Positions 1 to 31,738 of a stretch of 64,000 nt of DNA are shown here, one piece after another. The stretch is taken from contig CM022665.1 of assembly GCA_012295275.1 (NCBI GenBank), positions 7,750,001-7,814,000 of the forward strand. The letters are read 5' to 3'. Position 1 is the stretch's first letter; the number at the start of each line of letters is the position of its first letter. The translations under genes and the position numbers were made by a program. The DNA is from Chrysomallon squamiferum. Taxonomy: Eukaryota > Animalia > Mollusca. Under the pieces are notes generated by a model. The model was not told the origin of the DNA. It worked only from the letters and a program-made list of their open reading frames with translations, and did no database searches.

Positions 1-1430
1 ATTTTTACATTCATTATGGGCTCAGTTAAGATAGTCAAACTTGTATATAACAGTAATTCAAGGGACCACAGAAAATGGCTGCTGTGGACAGGTGTCCTCT
101 TTATAGAGGTTCCAAAATATTTCTCTCACTATAGAATCACATTATTAACTGTTATGACAGTTTGATTTCCTTTGTTAATTCCAGTAACCTCAAGAATAGA
201 AAAACAATACAAATTAATAAAATAATGGTTTGCTTTCAATATCCCACCATGCATTACTAATCCAGTAAATCGCCTGTAATTTGATGTTTTCATTGCCAGT
301 GGCTGTAATCTGTGGGATATTTTGTATGGTTTTTTTTTTTTTTTGGTTTTTTGTTGGGTTTTTTTGCACTTGGCATGTTCTTTTCAGTGTCTTCTGTAGC
401 ATATGCTTTCCTTTTTAAAATACTGTTTGTGTATTTCCCACTCCAAACTGTTTTGCTGCAATTTTTCTAGCACTTGAAACAATCTTTGTAATAATTTCTA
501 CTCATTGTTCTTAAGTTGGTGGCATAAATAAATGAATAACTAAAAACTGAAATTTACTTTTATTTAGCTGCAGTTTATTCCTCAAGTGACATGTTTAATA
601 AATTATTAGTTTTATGTTTCCGCTAAGGCATTGGTACAGTACTTGTTTTGGATTTATGTTGCAAACCATAAACAAAATAATTCTGGTGCACCAAGGTCAT
701 GATTTACCAAAGCATTCACCAGCTTAACTATATTGTTAATCTTTGCCGCTTGGTGCTGACTACTTGAGAAACAACAAATTATGTCTCATTGATAGTGGAG
801 ACTACTCAGACATCTTGATTATAAATGCCTTTGATAATCAAACAGTAAAACATTCTGCTTTCATAGGCTACACCTAGTGACACATTACCTAGTTATTCAG
901 CTGACATTTGCAAGATTAAAATAATCATGAGTATTAGCAAACATATATTTTTCAAAATAAGTTTGTTCTTTGTCATGTCGAATCAAATTGCCAAACATAC
1001 CAGTCACATGATACCAAAATAATAGCACTGCAGAAAACAATGCAATTTACTGGGATCTAAATTGCTGTATGATCATATGTGATGGGAAGAATTATATATT
1101 TATATATATATATAGATTTATTTAAAAAAAATTAATTCATTAATATTTTTTTACTTTTTTTTTACTATTTTGGCCACTAATGCAAGTTCAGACTTCATTT
1201 TTCTTGAAAAGTGGTGGCAGCTGGCTGCTGTCAATACAAATGGCTGTTTTATAGAGGCCACATTGTGTGTAAGGCTCAGAGTAACCATTATATATATATG
1301 TGCCCATTAGAGCAAGTTCAACTGCACAGTGTTTGGAAAAGTCAGAATAATTCATTTTATTCAAAGCTCTTATTTTGGAATACATTATTTTTCATTTTTG
1401 TATTTCTTTTTACTTTATATATATATATAT

Positions 1431-1595
1431 AAACTTAAAAGAGACAAAAATATATTGATATATTAAAATATTTTCACCACTAAATAAACCAGATATAGGC
1501 CAATATAATTATAATAAAAAGCTTTTTAAGGATTTAAAGTATATATTTTTATGAACAAACAATTTAAATTACAGTTTGTACATTTCCAAGTTATA

Positions 1596-1649
<54 letters not shown>

Positions 1650-2030
1650 GTTGTTATTGTTTAAATAACAAAGTCCAGTTTCTGCTGATAATAAATTATT
1701 CCAGTAAAATTGTACTGAATTTTCTCCATTTGCCACTGTATTTATATAAACTTAAAAGAGACATAAAATCTGTTGGTATATTAAAATATTTTCACCATTA
1801 AATAAACCTGACATGGGCCAGTTTAATTATAATAAAAAGGTTTTAAGGATTTAAGGATTTAAGGTAAACATTTAATGAACAAACAATCTAATTAGATTTT
1901 GTATATTTCCAGCTTATTATTATTATTATTAATATTAGGTTGTTTTTGTTTCGGTAGCAAAGTGCAGTTTCTACTGATAATAAATTATTCCAGTAAAATT
2001 GTACTGAATTTTCTCTATTTGTCACTGCAT
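1431..2030. repeat. Diverged tandem duplication, ~317-bp unit x2
   Basis: The block 'aaacttaaaagagac...ctgataataaattattccagtaaaattgtactgaattt' starts at 1431 and again at 1748. Each copy has an internal (TAT)n tract of different length. Confidence 0.9.
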
Positions 2031-3977
2031 CTGTGATATCACTGAATGTGTCTTGTCCGTCAAGTGCAAATCAATGTCATAAATACAGGGGGAAATGTTA
2101 ATCAAATTTAGTAACGTCATATTTTTATTTTCATACTTTTTTCATTAGCAGAAGATGTTTACTAGTAACAAATAAAATATTAGTCTGGAAATATATAAAA
2201 TATTTTTAGACTGTTTATGTCATCAGAAATACACTTTAACTTCACCTTGTTTTCTTCACCTTGTGTTTTGATGTTTCCAGTGCACATGTACCTTGCAAAA
2301 TTCTTCATACATTTGTTCCATTGAAACCAGCAACTGCTACAAAGAGGTGAGACTTACAAAAGCACTTTCTGACATGGCCACATTGCAATCTTTTGGTGTG
2401 TTTGGATGCAAACATACTTTGTATGGGTGCAGTGTGTGAGTATTTGTGTCTGTGTCTTTATACATGTTTTTGTGTGTGCCCATATACATGTATATCTGCT
2501 TATACATGTGCAAACAGGTTTGTTCATTTTGAGATGTATATTTTGTAATCTTTGGTGCTAATCATTTTGTAAATGTTCTCCTTTTTTTTAAATTTATATA
2601 AATTTTATATAATATATATACATATCATTTAAACCATAATTTTCAAAATTACAATAGGTTACCATTTATTTCTATAACTAAAACCAAACATTTCACAGAA
2701 CAGTTGCATTTACTAATTCACAGGGAGACATTTAAGGAGAAGGAAAATTCTCAACAGAAAGAGATTGAAGTTGCCATGGTGAAAAAGCTTGATGAGTGGA
2801 AACCAGCATCACCTCTGGTCCCAATTCATGAAGAAAAAAAATGGTAGACATGAAAGCAGGGGTCACTTTTTAAGTAAATTTCTGACTATCAGCCACTACC
2901 ACATACTCCATGAAGCCAGCAGCTTTCTTTCTGTCGATGACAAAAATATACATTTATTAGGACAATCCAATTCTTGACAGGACAATGTCATAAATAAATA
3001 AAACTGAATACTCTTAATAACGACCCTGTGGAAGCACAGATGTCCTAATGTAGCCCAGATCAAGTAGCTGTATTTTTATATGACCCTTTTTGAAAAGGTA
3101 ACCTTCATAGCAAGAAGTGATATTTTTAATAGCACAAAATGTGCAGACTTCTCTATTTTGGTTCATTTAGATTGTAAGTAATGTGACGTTTGCATTAGTT
3201 AATATTTTTTAAATATTTTGCCATATTTTGGGTTTTAAAGAAAGCTGACATTTTATATTCTAAGCAGTTGACTTTTATGCTAATTAATTTTGCCACCAAA
3301 ATTTTAAATTTTATTATTATTTATCTAAGCTAAGTATTTTAATAAAATTTAAAAAAAAAAGAAAATATATAGAATTGGCTGTCAAAGTTATTATGTAGCT
3401 AAGGTTTGGCTTCCCCAGTATTTAGAGAATTCTCTGCATCCAATTTTTGTTTTTAATTACTCTGCTGTATATGTGCCAATGTAGCTGAAGTGCCTCAAAA
3501 CAAAGTTTTAAATAATAACCGTTTTTGTTCAAAATATATTAAACCTTTTAGTACTCAGTATTAGAAAAACAAATAGAACTATTTTTATTTGGAACATTAT
3601 ATTTATATACTTTTACAATTTTTTTTATATTTTCACATAGTATTAACGTATTACAGTATTAATTTTAATAATCTCTAAAGGGTATCCTTGATTTATTATT
3701 TACTAATAATTACATGACATTGACACAGTGGTTGACATTTTGAAAGTCATATTTCTTTCCATTGAACAAACAGACAGAGCAAATCAATACTTATATATAT
3801 AGTGTGCTGTTCTAACTTATATAAACAAAATTCTAATAAACAACAAGGATGATAAAATGCGACTTTTGTTTCAGTACATCATAACTGGGTACCTCTGACT
3901 TTAGACTTTAACAACTAACAGAACAGTTTTCAAGAATGATTTGTATTATAAAATGATAGTTTTTGACAAATGCCACC

Positions 3978-4326
3978 ATTTTTTTTTATTTTTTTTTTAT
4001 TTTTTTTTAATAATTTAATTTTATATTATATTATATTATATTATATTATATTATATTATATTACATTTTATTTTTTTTATTTAATTTTATATTATATTAT
4101 TTTATATTACATTTTTTTTTTTTAATTTAATTTTATATTATATTATTTTATATTACATTTTACTTTTTTAATTTAATTTAATTTTATATTACATTTATTT
4201 TTTTATTTTAATTTTATTTTTATATTACATTTTATTTTTTTAATTTAATTTTATTTAATTTTATATTACATTTTATTTTTTTTATTTTATTTAATTTAAT
4301 TTAATTTTTTTATTTTTTTATTTTTG
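3978..4326. repeat. Low-complexity T/A-rich degenerate tandem repeat
   Basis: Repeated 'ttttatattacatttt' and 'ttata' units, almost no G or C. Confidence 0.8.
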
Positions 4327-4510
4327 TTATATATGATAATAATTCATTTACAGTTTGAAGATAATGAAATTATAATGACAAATTAGAATAAAGATCTGGA
4401 TCTGAAACAAAATTCATCATTTTCCTCATCTATATATATTTTTTTCTTTTTTCAGTCTACTAGAACAATAGATCAGTAAATATGAAAGATTCTCATATTT
4501 TTAACTGGAA

Positions 4511-4542
<32 letters not shown>

Positions 4543-6583
4543 ATACTGAAATTTTTTTTTTTAGAAAAGACATTTATATCAAACATTATTAACATATAAA
4601 AGGATGCACAGTATCTTTTGCTGACATTAAATTTGATTTATTTTTTAAATGTCATTCTAAAGTTATGATGCATCCCTTTTACTCTCTTCTGATCTGCTCC
4701 TTCATTTATGTATTTTCTGATCATACTGAGGGTACAAAATAAGTCAGTAATCTGTAAGAGCCACCTTTGGTCAATAATTTGATTCATATCAGCATAGCAA
4801 GAACTGTAACATACCACATGGTACATAAAAACGGAAATCTTCCTATTAGCAATATTTTTAACTTCCTCTGTTTTTGTGCACATACTTGTTTTGTACCAAG
4901 CACTGTTAAATGTTGTTTGTGTTTCTACCATGGTAATGATAACAGCAGTAGGGCTTCCTGTGGAAGTGTTTCTGGTGATTTAGTTGTATATGTGTAATTG
5001 GTTTTATTTTGTGTGCTGCAATGTCTGTGATAACATATTTTTTTTACCATTTATTACCTATTTTATGGGTAACAAATACCGTAATGTATTATTATACTGA
5101 TCTCTGCTCAAAATAAATATCTTATAAATATCTGTCTCACTTGTTGTTTATCTGAGAAAATTCTAAAGATATTTAAATAATTTGTTTTTATATCACAAAG
5201 TTCCGTTTGTTTGTGAAACAAAATGGTACGTATGGTTAATTCAGGATGTGTTTCCAATGGTTTTCCATTGACCAATTTCCAATTCCAGTTTCACATTGAT
5301 GAATCATAGACATTATTGACAAGTCTCAAGTTTCTATTAATGATTGTACACTATACTATTAGTTATTTTACTTTTTGAATCTATCAGATAGACATTTGGA
5401 TATAAATACTACTATTAGTTTATGTCAAAAATAAAATGTCTGAAGAGTGTTCTGGATACTTCCCCCAGTTTTTGTATGTGACATAAAAAGTGAAAATGAT
5501 TAATGATAATGATTGCATTCAGTCTTCTTAGTCAATAATGTTAAACTGACAGTCTATGACTAAAGTTTGTTCAATGTTTCATGGATAGAATCAATTCTAC
5601 GTGTTCTTATTCTTTAATTGTATGGTGTACTTGCTATTTTTAACACTTGTTCTGAAGTACAGAGGGAAACAAAAATTGATAAAACAAATATGAAAAAGAC
5701 TATACAACTCAACTGAATGAAGCCTGCATTGAACAAATAATACAGGATACAATATCAATAAGTAAATTTAATAAGCAGTTATTATGTCCATAGTTTAAAA
5801 TATTTGCCGTCTTTTTCTTTTAAGATTTCTTAAATTTTATTTTATTTTATTTTTTGTATTATGTTTTTTTTTTTTTAAGATTTCTTAAATTTTTTTTTTT
5901 TTTTTTTTTTTTATTATTTTAAAATTATTTTATCTTTAGTTCAGGTTGTATAATTTTCATATTAATCATATCCAAAATATTTTGAGTTGGCCAATTTGAA
6001 GACAAAACAAGATTCATTATGGCATTTACGTTACAACAGACACATATCAGTTAGTACATTGCTTACATTTGTGTTTGTTCACTTGTTTGGCAAAGATACA
6101 CAACAAACTATAAACTAAATACATTTTTTTATTTCAGCATTCTTTGTTCCCAAAGGTAATTGTAAGGCGAGTTGTTTATTCTTTAATCATATTTCCTGGA
6201 TACGTTGCCAAGCCAGAACAGATGGGGACTGCCGGCGAGCCAGCTGAGATGTGCTTACGATTTTTTGGAGTCCTAATCCCCCTCAAAGAGGGTACCTTTA
6301 GGTAAAGATTACTGTTACTGTAAAATTAATACACGTAAATCCTTTAGCAGAAAATATTAATATTTTTAAGAAGATTCATAAAAGATAATAAATAGATACA
6401 ATATAAATTTAAAAATGCAAATAACTCGAACCAGTTTATATGCTAAATTTATTGCAATTGTTTTGATGTATACTGAACAAATGACAAAGATACTAATGAA
6501 TAGTTTGTAATGGACACATTGCTCGTCTGTTCTGTACCTAATACCAGTTTTGCAGTAACCTGCACGTCGCTATTTTGGATCTG

Positions 6584-8146
6584 GGGCCATGTTCCCTAAG
6601 CTATCGTTAACACGTCGTTGACAAAATGTTCATGACCTCGAAGGTATCGTTAGGAACGCCGTTAGCCTACGATATCGTTTTATTAACAAGTCCGACCCTG
6701 TTGTTAACAGTGTCGTTTATTAAAGGTACATCGTATAAACTAGCACGATAACCACTGCGCATACTGCATACTTCATGAGAAAAAAAAAAAAAAAAAAAAA
6801 AAAAACAATGCCAATAATCCCTAGCATTATCTGCTTACAGTTCCTGGTTATGAAATTTTGGTCTTCGCTTTTGGACCATCTTCTTTAGTTTGTCAGCCAC
6901 GCTTACTTTGTAAAAGACTATTAGTCCATGAGACAGGGCAAATTTGGGTACCAAATGGACGAACAGATCCAATATGGATATGGGTAAAATAGATCCAATA
7001 TGGATATGTGGTAAAAAAACAAAAACAAAACAACATTCGACCAACTTTACCTAGGAACATGCAATTTTGATTATGTTGTTCTGTGTAAAATTCTGCACAT
7101 GCTGATTTATAGTTATTTATAATGCATTTACTAAAATCAGTAAATACAGCCGAAAAAGATGGAATTTTTCAACATTTCTTTTTTTCTCGTGATATAACTC
7201 TGACAATTTCTACTTGTAGAGATTGTTTTTAATATAAGAATTTATCATTGAAACGTTCACATTTTTCTACGGATCCAGTATAAACAGTTTACAGTTTTGA
7301 AAATTGAGTATAAACAGTAAACAGTAAGAATAAAACACTCATTACACTTTAAACAACAAATGGATAAATAAACACTGATTAAAATATGACAGTTAACAGA
7401 AACAGACAATTCATAATCCGTTCTACCAACACAGTAAGCAATTTAATATGTAATAACTATACCAGAAGCTTCGTAAACTATTATGGCACAAAGAAATAGT
7501 AGGAGTTAAACATATAAAAAAGAAATATCCACTTAGGTGGTTACTATCCGATTAAAAATAGTTTTAATAAAAGGCTGAGTAATGTGGATGTTAAACAATC
7601 AACAATGAAAAATACTTCAAGGCTGTCATTCTTATTCTCAATACCTCACTCCACCAGTACTTTACTCCCTAGCTACATTCCACAGAATTAGCTCAAAAGC
7701 AAAATTAGAAAACAAATAGCAGAGAATACAAAGCTTTCACTGTTATAATACTAATATTTAGAAAGTGTTTATTCACATTTGCTGCTGTTTTGTACGTTTT
7801 AACATATAAATGATGTACTTAGTTTAATATGAATACAGTTTTCTGTAATAAAGTACAATGTAATCAACAAAATTCGTATAAGTAAATACATCTGTCCACC
7901 AATTTGGTATTCAGAGCCAAAATTAGGGGTCAAAATTACGCACGTGCGCCGTCGCTGCACGAAACGAACATCTCGTGGGTAGTAAACAAAATAACGACAC
8001 TGTGATTATCGTTATTACGAAAGACTTGAAACGACATCGTAACGACAAGTAAACGACACTTTCGGCTAACAGTCGTTATGTTGTCGTTCGCGCCATTTTA
8101 CGACGTCGTTATGATCTAACGACCGACATCTTCGGGAACATGGCCC
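6584..8146. mobile_element. Non-autonomous PIF/Harbinger-type DNA transposon
   Basis: TIRs GGGCCATGTTCCCTAAG (6584-6600) and CTTCGGGAACATGGCCC (8130-8146) match 16/17. A 3-bp CTG target duplication lies at 6581-6583 and 8147-8149. Both subterminal regions are CpG-rich with many TCGTT/AACGA motifs. No transposase ORF. Confidence 0.85.
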
Positions 8147-8228
8147 CTGGTTAGCTGAAATAAATTTTTAAATCATTTTTAATATATTAAAGATTATTTT
8201 GCTTTAAGTTTAATAAAGGCATCTTGGT

Positions 8229-10919
8229 TTACGATCGTTTGATTTGAAGAAGGTAACTATTGATCGGATGCAGACTCCCTTCAACAGGCCAACATGCATA
8301 ATGAGATCCAGAAGGTACCTGGGACTGCATCAGAAGATTTAAGATCGCCTCTGCACACTGAGAGTTAAACCACCATCCTGTTCCGCTTTTCTGTGCGCAG
8401 TGGTTCCGATCACGATCGTAAGTTGCAAAAGGTTGACCTTTGGCATAATGAGTACTGCCACCGAAACCCAATCCATCGTCTGCAGAAGTGCTGTACACGT
8501 ACTTTCTGTAGCCTGAATAATCCAGAATATAGTTTTCTGTTTCACTTCCGATTTTAAAAGATTCATAATAAGCATGGTTTTTGGAATAGGTTTCGTTCGT
8601 AATAATCACATCTAATATAATAAAGCCTTCTTTGGTGAAATAGTGAAGGAATTCTAGACCTAGCCACCTGCAACTTGTGATGTTACCAAATCCCAGTTTA
8701 TAATCTTCCCAGGTACGGTTGTAGTTCAGTACACAGCTTTTGTCTTGTCTTGCGATTTCTGTCCAGCCTCCCCATTCAAGATAACACACGACCTCCAATG
8801 GCTTGAGAAGACCGTAAGGTTTTACATACAGATATGTGTGTTGTCCTCTTAAACCTTTGTTGAAAGCATCGCTACAATCTGAAACGGAAATACTTTTATT
8901 ATTATGAACATTTATTTAGCTGCCCACTATCGAATGGAGCCAGTGGTAAGCGTGTGTCTGAAATCCAGTTGATAAAATAAATTAATAAATAAAATATACG
9001 ACATGTCTGTTTACAAAATGGATTACTGAACTAAATGATTTTTCAGAGTATTTTTTAAATTAATAATTAGCGTTTATATTATTTCAAAAATTAAACTTAT
9101 TTCTTTATGCAGTCAAAACACAGCGATATGATCGTTCGTAATATTATCTTTATCTTGGTAATTTTATCATTTCCAATAATCTGATACTAACGTATATTAT
9201 TTTGTCTGATACTGATATAAATATTTGCCTATTTTCAAGAATGTAAGTTTTCTTGAAACTACTTGATCCGTATGAATGCATTTTCTCCCAGTTATTACTT
9301 GTGACTTTTTATCGTAGGACCGAACTGATTAGCACTGGGTTTTTTAGTTTTTTTCTGTTCGTTTTTTTTTTTTTTTTGGTTTTGTGAAGGTAAATACCCG
9401 TAGCACAAGTAGTGAAAAGATATAAAAATAACTAAAAAGTCCAGTGATATGTACAAAGCCATTTGTTCGGTAAGTTTGGAACTGGAGGCGATTGGATTTC
9501 CGAATTTTCCTATTTTCAAGATCAAGGCTTAATATATTCTTAAAATATAAAATAAACAGTAAAACATAATACGAATATTAATACACCTTTAAAGATGGTT
9601 TAATGGCAATTTTCGTTTTCTTGGAAGCCCGATAAACGGTGGTACACCTATACTGAACCATTTGTTAAATTACCTCTATAAAAATCTTCACAGTTTGAGC
9701 CATAAAACCCTTTGTCACAAATGCATGTACCGTTGACTTCTTTCCCACCATTAGCACATCGACCGTTCTGAAATTGTATCAAAATGCATGAAAATTCATT
9801 AACAAATATCAGTACATATATATGTTCTGAGACAGTGATTTAAAAAAAGCAAAAAACTAACAGTCATTTACTATTAAACTTTATGAACATAAAAGGAAGA
9901 ATAAATCAACTGCGAATAAAAATAATAACAATAAAATGATTATGATGATGGCTATGATGAAGATGATGATGAAATTGTTCGTGTATTCTTCTACCATTTG
10001 TAATCCAGCGAAGAGCTTTGTATTTCATTTACAATTTCATAAAGATTCAAAATAAATGTCGGCTTTTATTAAGAAGAAGAAGAAAAAAATGGAAATATTA
10101 AATTTTATGGATTTAAAAAAAAAAAAAAAAAAAAAACTGTATATCGTAATATCACAGATTTTACTCACGCACACATAAATACAAATAGAGATACCTGCAC
10201 TAATACACACATTCGAATTTAATTTTTTTTTAGTAGTTTTAGATGTTATTTTACTGAATTCAAAGCTTATATATTCTAAAAAAAAAAAAAAATAATAATA
10301 ATAATAAAAAATATATATATAAATCTCTTTTCTTTTACCCAATTTCATATTGGCCGTATACCATAATTATTAATTTTTTCTTTAGATTAACGTGGGATTT
10401 AATTTTAATGTAGGGACACTTTGTTATGTTAAATATCATCTGTGAACTGTTTTGTTCCGAACTTTATAATTATTAAAACAATTTCAATAAAATATTAGAG
10501 ATTGATGGTGATAAAGCTAAAATACTGAAACTATTGCACACTGTTACTATTTCAAATAACAACAACAACAATAATATTCTTACCACAGAAAGGAAATTAC
10601 AAGTGGCAGCATTATTCACTACGTAAGCTGACGGAAGTTCTCTTAGACCCTCAAGCAAAATGCACGTGTATTTTCGAGAACCCACGAGATCGCTTTGATC
10701 ATCGCCAGGACAGGACAGGACTGACCAGCAGTTTACATTAGAAGCGCACTGCGTCACACACCCCAGTCTAGAATTTTCTTTCAGGGTGTATCCAAAATAA
10801 AACGAAGCCATTTTGGTTAAATCGTCACTTGAGATGTTTTTACGCACACCGAATATTTCTGTCACATGTGAGTGACAGAAACTTACAAGACAACCTAAAA
10901 TTAAAATTTGAGCCGACAT
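8229..10919 (-). CDS. Secreted PAN/apple-like + EGF + fibrinogen C-terminal (FReD) protein, 3 exons, ~359 aa
   Basis: Exons 10919-10584 (signal peptide MSAQILILGCLVSFCHS; PAN-like CVTQCASNVNCWSV), 9767-9674 (EGF CANGG...CICDKGFYGSNCE) and 8878-8229 (RDCSD...GGWT...WEDYKLGFG...WLGLE...FATYDRD...GWWFNSQC). All junctions are GT-AG with consistent phases; total 1080 nt. Confidence 0.9.
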
Positions 10920-12836
10920 ATCTGTCGTCTGCTTTTCCTTCACAGTGAATATCAGATACAAATGCACATATTTTTATCAGTTTAAAAAGTGCTGTCGATA
11001 TCGAATATCAATACTGGACAAACGAAGTAAAATAAAACACAATTTAATTGCATATAATACAGCAGCAGTCTGAATGGTTATGGTTTTGTCAAAAGAATCT
11101 AGTGTCGATTTTCTTTATTTTATTATTATAATATTTTTTGTTTATTATTTTTTTTTTTTTTTTTTTTTATTATTGTTTTTATACAATTTTTATTTATTTA
11201 TTTTATTTTATTTTTTTTTTTTCATTTTTTTAAGGAATTTCTAATAAACAACTATATGTGGGTCTTTTGCCTTCAAAAATGTTGTGTTCGTTACCGATTT
11301 GTAAAATCGATAAATCTGTCTAACGTTAAAGCCTGTTTTCAAAACGTATATGACGTCCTGTAGATAACTGACAATAATGCAAAAAAGAAACTGCATTTTT
11401 TTTTTTTTTTATTGTTTATCAGTCTGTTTATATGTTTATCATCCATCTGTATGTTTGTCTCTTCATATATTTTTCTCTTTATCTATCTGTTTTGTCTGTT
11501 TATTCCTTATATTATAAATTATAACCGTTATGCACTTTTTTTTTTTTTTTTTTTTTATTTGACCCCTTAGTACTGTTTGTTAAAACATGCTGAGTTATAA
11601 ATAAATTAAATCATTCGTTTCTAAGTTGTTTATTATGCTTGAGATCTGCGAACAAATTTATTTAAAAAAAAAAAAAAAAAAAAAAAACAACAACTCATTA
11701 TTCTATAATGTTATAAACTCTTGTATAATCTTTTATCCGTTTTCATCTTTACACTTCTGTTTGTTTTTCATCAAACAATCATTGCGTCTAAAGATAAAGA
11801 ACGTGAACCTCACATGATTTAGTACTTTGTATTTAATATTTCATGGCACGGCAGTCAAAACATTAATCTTTGTTCAGTCACACAATACAACGCACAACAC
11901 ATATTCCGCAGTAATCAATTTATCTTCGATACGATTTAAACCTTAATATTGAACTCAAGCAAATCAACACGACCGTGAACTCAATCCATTGCAATGACGT
12001 TACACTATTGTGTTAACTGTTGATTTTCATCAGCTGGTATGTATAGAGTCACGTGGAATATAGATTGCGCCCGAGTGTATGCAGCACGTGAAATGTTATT
12101 TTGGAGCTGGTTTTGTATTTAGTATTTATTTTATTTCTAATGGAAAGTGAAGTGATACATTTTAAATAAACTCTGAACGTATCAAAATACTCTCTCCAAA
12201 TTATTATTTGTTACCAGTAATATCAATAACAAGAAAAACATGGATAGGCAGAACAAATTTAATATTATTTATACATACATATATATAGATAGATAGATAT
12301 AGAAATATATCACAGTAATGTTTCATTATAATTATACCATAATTATAGTCATCACATATTACAAGAGAATATCATTAAATCCCTAATATCAAAACAAGAA
12401 TCTAAATGAAATTATTAACATTTTTTTTTTTTATATAATAATTAAATTACGAAATAATAGAGCATAATTTTCTTTTCTTAAAAAGAAAAATCTATGCAAA
12501 TAAAATCGGATTTATTTTAATTTTTTAAAATTATTTATTTATTTGTTTATTTAGGATTTGTTGTCGAAATAGTTATTGTTATTGATCTCGTTGCTGAACT
12601 TACTAATAAAAAAAAAAAAAAAAATGAAAAAAATTACAAAATTAAAATAAACAAAATCTGAAATATTTCTGTGTACTAAAATCAATAAGATTTTAAATTG
12701 TATTTTCAAGTGCTTCGAACTATTAATGTAAATTTGATTTCAGTTGCTTTTACATACCTATGAACTTATTTGGTGTTTTACTTTTTAGGAAAAAACTGAG
12801 GGGTTTTAATGTATTTATTTATTTTATTTTATTTTA

Positions 12837-12869
<33 letters not shown>

Positions 12870-13048
12870 TTTATAGAATACAGGAATAAACCAATGAACA
12901 AGCCATTTAAAATTCCAATAAATAGGCAAAATACACAAATGCAAAAAGGTTTTTAAAAAAATGGTATACTCCAAAAGAGTAAGACATCTTGTCGCAAGCA
13001 AGGTTAGAAGTCGTGAATGCTGCTACGTCCTTTATTATTATTGTTATT

Positions 13049-13080
<32 letters not shown>

Positions 13081-13559
13081 TATTATCGTTAAATTTATTT
13101 TAAATTTTAATTCATTTTTAGACAAGCTCTGTATTTCGGAAACTCAAACAGTAAATGATAGGGTCTACATAAAATGGATATGTAATTTGTTTTTTATATG
13201 TGGAATTCTCTACAGCAACGGAAACTCATCTGGCTTGAAGAAAAAACAAACTCATCGTTATTGTATGGACAAATGGATGACAGGAACAAACACTTGGAAG
13301 TATAAAAAAAATATAACTATCAGGAGATGACTGACCGCCTCGGTAAGGAAAATATTTTACAATAATATTTTCAATACGATTACAGGTGGACACGAGTATA
13401 ATTATTAATATTTTGTTAAAACGTTTAATCACTGGGGTTATATATCGTAAGATTTGTATTAAACAAAGATGTAAATATTAATAAATCAATATAATTGTAT
13501 ATAATCATACAATCAGATGTCTTAAAGGCCGCCATGTTGTGGGATGGTTAAATAAGAAA

Positions 13560-30331
<16,772 letters not shown>

Positions 30332-31700
30332 TGCTTCTCGCCGATTGTCGAATTTGACTGAATCCAGTTTTTAAATCCTTGCTTAAGAGCATGCGCTTTA
30401 CGTTTCAAGATCACCTGAACCAGTAAATGTGTTACTTATAAATATATTTCTTCCTTCTTTTTCTTTTTTTTTTCTTCATTTTTTTTTTTTTTTTTTTTTT
30501 GTTTCTCTTTTTTTTTCTTTTGTTTTCTTTGTGTATGTGTTAAGCAAATATTGAAACCATGGTTATAATCATATCAATAAATAACATAATACTAATTTTA
30601 AGTGAATGTCAATACATTTCACAAGTGTAACAGCCCTGATAATCTGTGATCGTGTTTATCGGCCACAAACAACTTAATTAACATAATGCATTCCACATTT
30701 TATCCGCCCAACCTGTATGCTTTCCATGGGTTCATAAAGTTTGAGAAACCCTGGATTCGAGAACAGGAAAATACTAAGATGTCAGATTAATGTTGCAATA
30801 ACAGAGGCTACTGCTGTATGACTTGAAATGTTTTCCGATTTTAGTCGTTTTTATGATTTATATTTTATTTAAAACAAATAGTATCTGTCTTTTATTAGAA
30901 TTAATCGTTCAGTCCGTGTAAGTTAGTGTTCAGTGACATCACAACACCAGCTGCAAAATGGCCACCGTACTGAATATATTTTTTAAATGTTCTTAAATAT
31001 TATTATTATTTTTTACAGTACAGTTTTGTTTTAGATTGCCTTATTCGTTAAATAAATAACTTGGAAATATTTTTATTAGATAATAATTAATTAATTAATT
31101 AATTTATTGGTTTGTTTGTTTATTTGATTATTTTTAAATCGAAAAATCTTGGCACGAAAACAAATTCAAATAAGATTAATCGTCATAATGATTGAGCACA
31201 CACAAAGACAAACACACTTACATATTTATCAGCTTCATTGAGAGCTACGTGTTTATTCTGCACTTAAAAGTGTTCTGCTAAGTACAAATGTAAATGTCAA
31301 AATATTACATTGAAATGTTCAAATATTTAAATCATCCACTTAGAGATAAAATATATAATACTTGTGTTTCTGGTTCAATTTATATGTAATGAAAGATACA
31401 GTTATATTTTAGTGTATATATATAATGCAGTCTGAGACACGTTTTGGCATTTTTATCTCTAATTCAAATACAAATCGGAAAACAAACCCTCAGTATATAT
31501 ATGGGAAGTGGCCCAACCTACGCCGGCCCGATCTGCCCCAAAGAGTGTACTTTCATTTTATTCTGACTTGTTCGTTGCTGACCAGCAGTTACCAGATCAT
31601 TTAAATGTAATCCTGTTTCTAAATGTTTTCAGAATTCCATATCACAAAAATTACCTTTGAAAGTAAATAATCTTTAGATATATGTAACAAGTTGAGTGTT

Positions 31701-31738
<38 letters not shown>

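Noticed and set aside
28-112. Pogo/Tc1-MITE-like end fragments (similar patches near 1205-1260, 21340-21420 and 27085-27195)
   Set aside because: Too short and degenerate to delimit without a repeat library.
4638-4997. Overlapping ORFs of 97 and 76 aa
   Set aside because: No domain motifs or splice context; likely non-coding.
13226-13432. Alternative last coding exon for the VWDE-like gene
   Set aside because: Exon 13620-13560 has a better acceptor, the correct phase and a stop codon. This ORF is probably 3'UTR.
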